The notes under the pieces were generated by a model, which saw only the letters and a list, made by a program, of their open reading frames with translations, had not been told where the DNA came from and did no database searches. This document shows positions 57,021-64,000 of a stretch of DNA of 64,000 nucleotides, piece after piece (within the stretch, counting starts at the first letter, position 1; every line of letters begins with the position of its first letter). A program made the translations under genes and the position numbers. The stretch lies in NCBI GenBank assembly GCA_040878115.1, contig JBBDMV010000108.1:3118-67117 (forward strand). Reading direction: 5' to 3'. The stretch comes from Balneolales bacterium. GTDB taxonomy: Bacteria; Bacteroidota; Rhodothermia; Balneolales; Natronogracilivirgulaceae.

Positions 57021-58472
57021 TTAGTTAATGACCAATTCCGGGTCGTAATTAAACCTATCGTATAGCATAACAGCTTTTTTGTAATGATTATAGGTGTACA
57101 TGATTTCGCGTACATAATTAACCGGCTCTTCACCATGGCAATAGCCATACCGCACAACCTCATCATTATAATATTTCTTATTTGATTTTTTTAGGAGAAA
57201 GTCAGCTACATCTTCCCATCTGTCCGGGTTGCTATCATATTTTTGTGCGAGCCTTCGGGCATCTTGTACGTGGCCCTGGCCAACATTGTAAGAAGCCAGA
57301 ACAAACTTCATTCGTTCATCTTCATCTGGAATTTTATCAGACCAGTAATTTTCCAGCCATTGGATGAATTTGGAACCTGCTTTGATATTATCAACCGGAT
57401 TAAGTGGGTCGTTTGCACCGTAGGCAATTGCTGTTCTTGGCATTAATTGCATCAAACCTATAGCACCAGCCCATGAACGGGCATTGGGATTAAACTCTGA
57501 CTCCTGATATATAAGAGCTGCAAAAAGTTTCCAATCCAGGTTAGTGTTTTCTGCATATTTAACAATTATATCATCAAATTCTGAAATCTGGCCACCCTGG
57601 TAAGAAAGAAACTTGCTCTGCGCCCGGTTTCTGTAAGCCTGGCCGTTCTCAAAATATTTGTTATATATTACATAGTAATCGGATTGACTTTGCATAGCGG
57701 TAATCCATTCATTCACAGCTTCAAGTAACTTCGTGGAGTTTTTGCGAACCGCCCAGGCAGTTTGCTGAGGCAAGCTAATTGCTGTTTCAATGTCAATGTT
57801 TGGATAATAAGATTGATTTACTTTGGCAATATTTTCATCAGAAATGGTGTATCTGATGCTGCCCTCAGCAACCAGGCTGATCAGGTCGTCGGTAGTTTCT
57901 CCTCCGGAAGCCTCAATCACATTGATTGTTCCGCCGATTTCCTGAGCAAGATTATTCAGTCTGGATACATATGACGAACCTTTTCTGACATAGATAGTTT
58001 CTCCTTTCAGATTTATTGGGTTCCGTGTCATGACTCCCTCAATTTCGTGAAGTCTCATGGAGCGCCACTCGTCAGGTTTTTTTTGGACCAAAACCTGACG
58101 AGTGGTATTCAGCGCATGTGTAAATTGAACTCGTTCAGCCCGGTCATTTAGAATGGTTAGGCTGTGGGCAATGATATCACCATCCCCATTGTTGAGCATT
58201 TCGATCATTTGGTCTATATCTTTTGCTACTATAAGTTCCAGGTCAACCCCAAGTTCTTCAGCCAGCAGTTTCAGAAGGTCGTATTCGTAACCCATGGGCT
58301 CGCCACGATATACAAAGTAACTGATTGGACTATAACTCGTTATGGCATAAAGGGTACCGCGTTCGCGGATTTCATCCAGATCGAATAGGTCTAAGTTGTT
58401 TTCTGAATGTCCGCTGTGAGAACAGCTAATGATAAGGAGAGTAAAAAATGTTATTTGTAGCTTTTTTAACAT
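57021..58472 (-). CDS. mltF: membrane-bound lytic murein transglycosylase F-like (SBP_bac_3 domain + SLT domain)
   Basis: Lipobox LLIISCS, an N-terminal solute-binding fold, and SLT catalytic block QESEFNPNARSWAGAIGLMQLMP. Confidence 0.82.
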   Translation of the reverse strand: MLKKLQITFFTLLIISCSHSGHSENNLDLFDLDEIRERGTLYAITSYSPISYFVYRGEPMGYEYDLLKLLAEELGVDLELIVAKDIDQMIEMLNNGDGDIIAHSLTILNDRAERVQFTHALNTTRQVLVQKKPDEWRSMRLHEIEGVMTRNPINLKGETIYVRKGSSYVSRLNNLAQEIGGTINVIEASGGETTDDLISLVAEGSIRYTISDENIAKVNQSYYPNIDIETAISLPQQTAWAVRKNSTKLLEAVNEWITAMQSQSDYYVIYNKYFENGQAYRNRAQSKFLSYQGGQISEFDDIIVKYAENTNLDWKLFAALIYQESEFNPNARSWAGAIGLMQLMPRTAIAYGANDPLNPVDNIKAGSKFIQWLENYWSDKIPDEDERMKFVLASYNVGQGHVQDARRLAQKYDSNPDRWEDVADFLLKKSNKKYYNDEVVRYGYCHGEEPVNYVREIMYTYNHYKKAVMLYDRFNYDPELVIN

Positions 58473-58905
58473 TTGACATTTTTTGGTGAACGGAGCACTA
58501 AACTTGCAGATAAGGTTATTTGATATTCTCGTTAGTTCTTCCTGAGAGAATAAATGTTAACAAGCGAGTTAATAAAAGAAGTTTAATGTTTTAGAGGTGC
58601 CGGATTATTCCGAAAACTTGAAAATCAAAGAATATTTCGAATGTTCATTTGAACAATGAAACCAAAGCGTTGTGTTATTGATCTACAAACTGTGTTAACC
58701 ATAAAGGTTCTCGCTGATAAAGTTATATATTTTATTAAAAATAGTTTATTTGCCTTAACTTTTTTAATTAAATTTTCTTAATAATGAGCAATGACAATAT
58801 TCCATATAAGCACTGAACATTAAGTAACCATTTTACCTAATGGGCACGTCTGTTACATTAAATAAAGATGTTCGTGAAATGTCCGAACCTGAATAAGTAA
58901 AAAAA

Positions 58906-58925
58906 ATAGCATTTGGGAATGCTAT
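58906..58925. terminator. 8-bp hairpin flanked by A-run and T-run (bidirectional terminator-like)
   Basis: atagcatt (58906-58913), loop tggg, aatgctat (58918-58925). aaaaaa lies before it and ttt after it. Confidence 0.5.
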
Positions 58926-59054
58926 TTTAAAGCATGGACTTTTTAAAAGTGACTATAAAATGCTTTCAGCACATTGCAGATTCGCTGAATACGAACAAGA
59001 AAACAAACTAAATAAAAAAAGAAGGAGAGGGTTAAATTTTATTGATATCCAAAT

Positions 59055-59333
59055 TCAGGGCTTTCTACGTGAGTTGATCAGACTGATTATTAGAATGAAA
59101 ATACTGGCCCCGACAATAGACCACACGACAGGGAATTGAACATTTCCAGCTGAGAAGGTAAATATTTCAGGTAGTTTCAGGGCTTCTGCAAGCCATGTTC
59201 CGATTAGCGCACCCAGAAAACCAACGCCCATAGAAAGTAAACAGCCGCCGCGGTTATAACCCAATATAGCCTGAGCGATAGCACCGCACAAACCTGCCAC
59301 AATTAGTAAAGCTAGAAAATCGAAGAAATTCAT
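59055..59333 (-). CDS. GlsB/YeaQ/YmgE-family stress-response membrane protein
   Basis: 92 aa. LLIVAGLCGAIAQAILG ... GFLGALIGTWLA pattern typical of transglycosylase-associated proteins. Confidence 0.8.
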   Translation of the reverse strand: MNFFDFLALLIVAGLCGAIAQAILGYNRGGCLLSMGVGFLGALIGTWLAEALKLPEIFTFSAGNVQFPVVWSIVGASIFILIISLINSRRKP

Positions 59334-59487
59334 AAATAGTAATTATTCCTGGTTGAATTGGAACCCGAAAGATAACCAACTCTGTATCATTGTTCTCGCT
59401 TGGGTTGAATATAGGGTTTTATGCCGACAGTTATGAAGAGTCTTGTTGATAAAGCCCGTATATTACGCATCAAAAAAAATAGGATAC

Positions 59488-61119
59488 ATGAAATTATACC
59501 TCACGGAAATTATATCAGAAGCAGCCAAAAAAGTAAGTGGCGATGTTGAACTTCCTCCCGTAACCATTGAAAAGCCCCGAATTCCTGAACATGGTGATGC
59601 AGCTACGAACATTGCACTTCAACTTGCCAATCCGCTCAAAAAGTCACCACGAATTATAGCAGAAGACATTGTAGAAGCCCTTATATATGATCCTGCAAAA
59701 ATCAAAGAAGTCCAAATTGCCGGACCTGGTTTTATCAATTTCAGATTTGCAGATGAGGGTTTGCATGAGGTGCTGGTTAAAGTTGAAAAAGAGGGCGAAG
59801 AATTTGGAAAATCGAATCTGAATGCAGGTCAACGTATACAGGTTGAGTTTGTTAGCGCCAATCCAACGGGTCCGTTGACAGTTGGGCATGGGAGAAATGC
59901 CGTTTTAGGTGATACTATAGCTCGTCTGCTTGAATGGACAGGTGCCCAAGTTGATCGTGAATATTATTTTAACAATGCCGGTCGCCAGATGCGGGTGCTT
60001 GGAGAAAGTGTGAAATACCGCTACCTTGAGCTTTTGGGTGAAGATATGGAGTTTCCTGAAGGTGGCTATGAAGGGGAGTATATCCGGGATGTTGCCATAA
60101 AGCTACATGAGGCAAATGGTGAGAAGCTGAGAGATGTATCTCCCGAAAGTATATTTAAAGAAGCTGCTGAATCGGCAATTTTCAAAGAGATTAAAAACAC
60201 GCTCAAGCGAATGAACATTGAAATGGATGCTTTTTTCAATGAAAATAAGCTGTATGATAGCGGAGCTATCGATAAGGTTCTTGATCATCTTGGTGAAGAG
60301 GGGCTGATTTATGAAAAAGACGGTGCCACTTGGTTCAAAACTACTTCATTCGGAAAAGATCAGGATACTGTGTTGAAGAAAAGCACCGGAGAGCCAACAT
60401 ACAGGTTACCGGATATCGCTTATCATGCCAACAAACTGGAACGGGGATATGATCTTTGCGTCGATGTGTTCGGTGCCGATCATATTGCGACATACCCCGA
60501 TGTATTATCTGCTCTTAAAGCTATGGGGTATGACCCTAATAAGGTGGATGTACTGGTCTACCAGTTTGTCACAATTATAAAAGACGGCAAGCCTTTCAAG
60601 ATGAGTACCCGGAAAGCCAACTACGTCACATTGGACGAACTTATGGATGAGGTGGGAGCCGATGTAACGCGTTTTTTCTTTTTGATGCGCTCGCCAAATA
60701 CACACCTTGAATTTGATATTGGTCAGGCTAAAGAAGCCGGTGAAAAAAACCCGGTATTTTACCTTCAATATGCGCACGCAAGAATAAAAAGCATTTTCAG
60801 AAAAGCATCTGAAGAATATGATCTTAAGGGTTCCACTGATTATACAAAACTGGACCATCCTTCTGAAACCAGGCTCATAAAACGTATTTCAGAATTCCCT
60901 GATGCCATTGAAAGTGCAGCTGTCACCAAAGAGCCGCACCGTTTGATCAATTATTTAAACGAGTTGGCGGTTGATTTCCACAAGTTTTATCATGATTGCC
61001 ATATTTTAGGAGAGGAACAGGGATTGGCCCAAGCAAGAATAGCCTTACTACTTATCGTCGCACGGGTTCTGGCAAATGGATTAGGGATACTCGGCATATC
61101 TGCACCCGACAGAATGTAA
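59488..61119 (+). CDS. argS: arginine--tRNA ligase
   Basis: VEFVSANPTGPLTVGHGRN (HIGH region), FKMSTRK (KMSK), C-terminal DALR anticodon-binding domain. I prefer the ATG at 59488 (MKLYLTE) over the TTG at 59443. Confidence 0.93.
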   Translation: MKLYLTEIISEAAKKVSGDVELPPVTIEKPRIPEHGDAATNIALQLANPLKKSPRIIAEDIVEALIYDPAKIKEVQIAGPGFINFRFADEGLHEVLVKVEKEGEEFGKSNLNAGQRIQVEFVSANPTGPLTVGHGRNAVLGDTIARLLEWTGAQVDREYYFNNAGRQMRVLGESVKYRYLELLGEDMEFPEGGYEGEYIRDVAIKLHEANGEKLRDVSPESIFKEAAESAIFKEIKNTLKRMNIEMDAFFNENKLYDSGAIDKVLDHLGEEGLIYEKDGATWFKTTSFGKDQDTVLKKSTGEPTYRLPDIAYHANKLERGYDLCVDVFGADHIATYPDVLSALKAMGYDPNKVDVLVYQFVTIIKDGKPFKMSTRKANYVTLDELMDEVGADVTRFFFLMRSPNTHLEFDIGQAKEAGEKNPVFYLQYAHARIKSIFRKASEEYDLKGSTDYTKLDHPSETRLIKRISEFPDAIESAAVTKEPHRLINYLNELAVDFHKFYHDCHILGEEQGLAQARIALLLIVARVLANGLGILGISAPDRM

Positions 61120-61202
61120 TGGGTCCCAGAAGTGCGTCTTACGGCTTTAAAAGAATACATCATGCAACACAAAAGCTGTAAAGATGATCGCTTATAAGTC
61201 GA

Positions 61203-61634
61203 CTAACTATTGCGTTTTTGAAGTGCGCTTTCAAGCGTTTGCCAGGCCAGCATTACGCATTGTATACGAGTAGGATACCGTTGGATGGAACTTAGCGCTT
61301 TTATATCGGGAGGAAGGTTAGCTTCTGTTACGTGATCTTTTTTGGATATTTTTTCAACTTCACGGATGAGGTTAAAAACACCTCCCACTGGAACTCTTTT
61401 CACTTGATGGGTAAGTATGGAGGCCGAAGCAAGACAGATCATGCACCCTTTACCGTCGAACATGATATCTTCGATGAAATCATCATCTCCCATAAGGATG
61501 CTGAGATGAATTACATCCCCACATTTTGAGTTATAGCCTGTTTCAAAGGTGGTTTCCCGGGTGAGCCTTCCCTTGTTACGCGGTTTTTTAAAATGGCTGA
61601 CAATGACCTCAGAATAAACATTTTGAGAACACAT
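61203..61634 (-). CDS. NifU/IscU/SufU-type Fe-S cluster scaffold protein
   Basis: HFKKPRNKGRL, NSKCGDVIHL, GKGCMICLASASIL motifs. No other suf/isc genes are in the window. Confidence 0.85.
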   Translation of the reverse strand: MCSQNVYSEVIVSHFKKPRNKGRLTRETTFETGYNSKCGDVIHLSILMGDDDFIEDIMFDGKGCMICLASASILTHQVKRVPVGGVFNLIREVEKISKKDHVTEANLPPDIKALSSIQRYPTRIQCVMLAWQTLESALQKRNS

Positions 61635-61645
61635 GATCCTCCGGT

Positions 61646-62305
61646 TCAGGATTCTTCCTGGCGTTGGTCTTGGGATGAATTTGTACGAGGTTTCTCAGTA
61701 CCTGGCCCTTCTTCTTTTTGATCGTGAGCGTGCTCATCACGGCCTTCCTCTTTTCTGGTGTCATCAAAAGTTTGTTGGTCTTTTGTGTATTCAGGCATCA
61801 ATCTCTTGTAAAATAAGATAAGTACAATAATTGATACGGAAATCGCCGTATCAGCTACGTTGAAAATGTATGGAAAAACCCGAAATCCATTCAAAGTAAG
61901 AGTGAAGTGGATAAAATCAATTACATGACCATCCAGGAAAGTGCCATAACCTTCTATTCTTGCCATAAATAGCCTGTCAATAATATTACCCAGTGCACCG
62001 CCGATAATTAGTCCCATGCAAACCATATAGCCAGTTCTGGCGGAGTTCATGGTATTGAAGATAAAAGCAATAATAACAATCGTTGCTGCTATAGCTATAA
62101 GGCTAATAACCCATGTATCTGCCCAATCAATCCCAAGGGCCATACCCGGATTTAAGGTATAGTGGAATGAAAGCCAGCCTTCGATAATTTCATAATTATG
62201 AAGATCAGGATTGGTCCTGATAATATATTTGCTAAGCTGATCAAGTAAAACAACAACAAAAGCTGCGAGTGAAAAAGCCGTCAGTTTAGATTTTTTGGAG
62301 GTCAA
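61646..62305 (-). CDS. lspA: lipoprotein signal peptidase (signal peptidase II) with charged C-terminal tail
   Basis: DQLSKYI, GGALGNIIDR, VIDFIHF, FNVADTAISV motifs, plus a tail of about 55 aa rich in K/E/D/Q. Confidence 0.9.
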   Translation of the reverse strand: MTSKKSKLTAFSLAAFVVVLLDQLSKYIIRTNPDLHNYEIIEGWLSFHYTLNPGMALGIDWADTWVISLIAIAATIVIIAFIFNTMNSARTGYMVCMGLIIGGALGNIIDRLFMARIEGYGTFLDGHVIDFIHFTLTLNGFRVFPYIFNVADTAISVSIIVLILFYKRLMPEYTKDQQTFDDTRKEEGRDEHAHDQKEEGPGTEKPRTNSSQDQRQEES

Positions 62306-62308
62306 TAC

Positions 62309-62719
62309 TTACCTTCGGGTTTTGAGTTTAGCTTCGATACTGATTTGGGTGTGAGGAACGGATTCAAGTCGCCCTTTGGAAATTTTTTCTCCGGTAACCT
62401 TACATACACCGTACGTTTTGTTATCAATGCGCTTCATGGCATCATCAAGATATTTAATGAATTTACGTGTGCGATTGTAAAGCATGTACGTTTTCTCGCG
62501 CTCCTGAGCATCCGAGCCTGCATCAGCCATATGGAATGAATAAGCAGATTCATCCGAGGCGTTTTCGGTATTATCTTTCAGGGTTTGAACGAGCATATTT
62601 AAATCATTTTCAGCTTCATCTCTTTTCTTAATAATGATCTGACGGAAATATTCTAATTCCTCATCACTATAAGGAGATACCCTTTTTTCTGTTTCGTCGT
62701 TGTTCTGAGCTTTTCCCAT
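62309..62719 (-). CDS. TraR/DksA-family regulator
   Basis: Coiled-coil N-terminal half with an acidic tip (MADAGSDAQE). The C-terminal YGVCKVTGEKISKGRLESVPHTQISIEAK is a zinc-finger-like region with only one Cys. Confidence 0.78.
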   Translation of the reverse strand: MGKAQNNDETEKRVSPYSDEELEYFRQIIIKKRDEAENDLNMLVQTLKDNTENASDESAYSFHMADAGSDAQEREKTYMLYNRTRKFIKYLDDAMKRIDNKTYGVCKVTGEKISKGRLESVPHTQISIEAKLKTRR

Positions 62720-62728
62720 TATAGGCTT

Positions 62729-64000
62729 TTATTTTAAGTTTGTATTTCGTTTAATAGCAATTTCACATTCTTTGCCGACGATATCCCAGTACTTTACAAA
62801 ATCCGGAGAATCAAGATCACCGGCAACCGTCTCTTCAGATAACGTTTCCACATTAATATAATCCTGCATTTTTTGGATAGCTTCTTTTATTTCTTCAGAG
62901 CCTTTGTAAGCAATACGTATACGGTCGGTAACATCAAAATCAGCATCCTTGCGCATATTTTGAACTCTGTTGATGAATTCCCTGGCAATTCCCTCTGTGG
63001 CAAGCTCGGGCGTCAACTTGGTGTCAACTGCTATAGTTACTCCGTCTTCAGTCTCTACCGTCCAACCTTCAAGGCCGTGCCTGATAACTTCGATATAATC
63101 TGGTAATATTTCAACTTTTCCTTCGCCATCAAGTTGAAGATGAAGAGAGCCTTTTTCTTCAAATTCGGTTATCTGTTTAGTGGTAAGGTTCTTGATGAGG
63201 GGTGTGAGTTGCTTCATTTTCTTGCCAAACTTCTTACCCAAAGCAGGGAAGTTTGGTTTAGCACTCTTATGAACAATCCCTGAGTCATCATCTACATATT
63301 CAATAGCTTTAACGTTCACTTCATCTAATATTATATATTTGACCGATTCAAAAGCTTTCCGTTCTTGGTCACTACCCGCAGGAATGATGATTTTAGCAAG
63401 TGGTTGACGAACGTTGATATTGATCTTGTTTCGGGTTCTCAACACCATTGAGGAGACTTTTCTTGCAAGGTACATTCGGTATTCAAGGTTTTTATCTATA
63501 GATGTTTCTTCTACAGTAGGATAGAAACTTAAATGGACCGAACTTTCTTCGTGGCCAGTTACTTCATGCAGTCTTTGATAGATCCACTCACTAAAGAATG
63601 GAGCAAACGGACTTGCGAGTTTGGATAAATTGAAAAGGCAATCGTACAGGGTTTGATATGCTGAAGTCTTGTCCAGGCTGGAACCTTTTTTCCAAAAACG
63701 ACGGCGGCTTCGGCGCACATACCAATTGCTTAAATCATCTGCAAAACGCTCAATCTCACGAGCAGCACGCGTCGGTTCATAATCCTCAAGGAAGGCATCT
63801 ACTTTCTTTATAGTTGTGAACTGCCTCGATATAATCCATCGGTCAATTTCGCCACGTTCGCTAACGGCTATAGGTGTACCCGAGAAGATAAACTCATCAA
63901 TATTAGCATACAGAGCGAAAAATGAATAGGTATTGGTTATCTTGTTGAAGAACTTTCGCTGGGTTTCTTTTAGGCCTTCTTCGCTGAACTTGAGGTTATC
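62729..64000 (-). CDS. ileS: isoleucine--tRNA ligase, C-terminal 423 codons (5' end outside the window)
   Basis: The frame is open from 64000 (hand-checked): ...DDLSNWYVRRSRRRFWKKG..., the type-2 IleRS anticodon-binding and C-terminal domains. The track start at 63718 is only an internal GTG. Confidence 0.9.
   Translation of the reverse strand, partial: DNLKFSEEGLKETQRKFFNKITNTYSFFALYANIDEFIFSGTPIAVSERGEIDRWIISRQFTTIKKVDAFLEDYEPTRAAREIERFADDLSNWYVRRSRRRFWKKGSSLDKTSAYQTLYDCLFNLSKLASPFAPFFSEWIYQRLHEVTGHEESSVHLSFYPTVEETSIDKNLEYRMYLARKVSSMVLRTRNKININVRQPLAKIIIPAGSDQERKAFESVKYIILDEVNVKAIEYVDDDSGIVHKSAKPNFPALGKKFGKKMKQLTPLIKNLTTKQITEFEEKGSLHLQLDGEGKVEILPDYIEVIRHGLEGWTVETEDGVTIAVDTKLTPELATEGIAREFINRVQNMRKDADFDVTDRIRIAYKGSEEIKEAIQKMQDYINVETLSEETVAGDLDSPDFVKYWDIVGKECEIAIKRNTNLK

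Noticed and set aside
58642-58655. Palindrome TGTTCA-TT-TGAACA
   Set aside because: A 6+6 palindrome is expected by chance many times in 64 kb, and there is no supporting context.
1-64000. Search by eye for CRISPR arrays, transposases, integrases, phage genes, retron/CBASS-type defence operons and rRNA
   Set aside because: None seen. The only RNA genes identified are tRNA-Leu and rnpB.

Overview
This is a chromosomal, mostly housekeeping 64-kb segment from a moderate-GC bacterium. The gene content points to a Bacteroidota-related lineage, possibly Balneolales/Rhodothermales-like: a PorV/PorQ-type relic, BatA, DUF4834, a Mla-type ABC system, PpiD, an LDH-type Mdh and many lipobox proteins. 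That placement is inference only. About 58 protein genes are supported. They include ruvA/ruvC, fabI, mdh, nadK, ddl, tag, prfC, ribD/ribE, aroC, argS, lspA, partial ileS, mlaFED-like genes, an ECF sigma factor and a ku-ligD NHEJ operon. Many ORF-track starts look over-extended upstream, and alternative starts are noted per feature. Two RNA genes are invisible to the ORF track. One is tRNA-Leu(GAG) at 26217-26300. The other is a type-A RNase P RNA (rnpB) at about 40253-40611 on the minus strand, lying under three phantom ORFs. I saw no CRISPR array, transposase, integrase or recognisable defence operon, and I cannot point to a convincing novel multi-gene system. The best leads are: (1) a 770-bp ORF-free spacer (44023-44792) packed with GC-rich hairpins and a small family of direct and inverted repeats, a candidate for ncRNA or REP-like elements. 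(2) An AT-rich three-ORF zeta-toxin-like P-loop kinase module (2746-3760) that looks inserted next to ruvA. (3) An M1 metallopeptidase fused to a roughly 390-aa C-terminal beta-barrel-like domain. (4) A gene-decay zone where an opposite-strand lipoprotein gene sits inside the relic of a PQQ sugar dehydrogenase gene. (5) A COG1579-type protein whose zinc ribbon has lost all four cysteines. All family calls rest on motif recognition by eye. No searches or folding computations were run.
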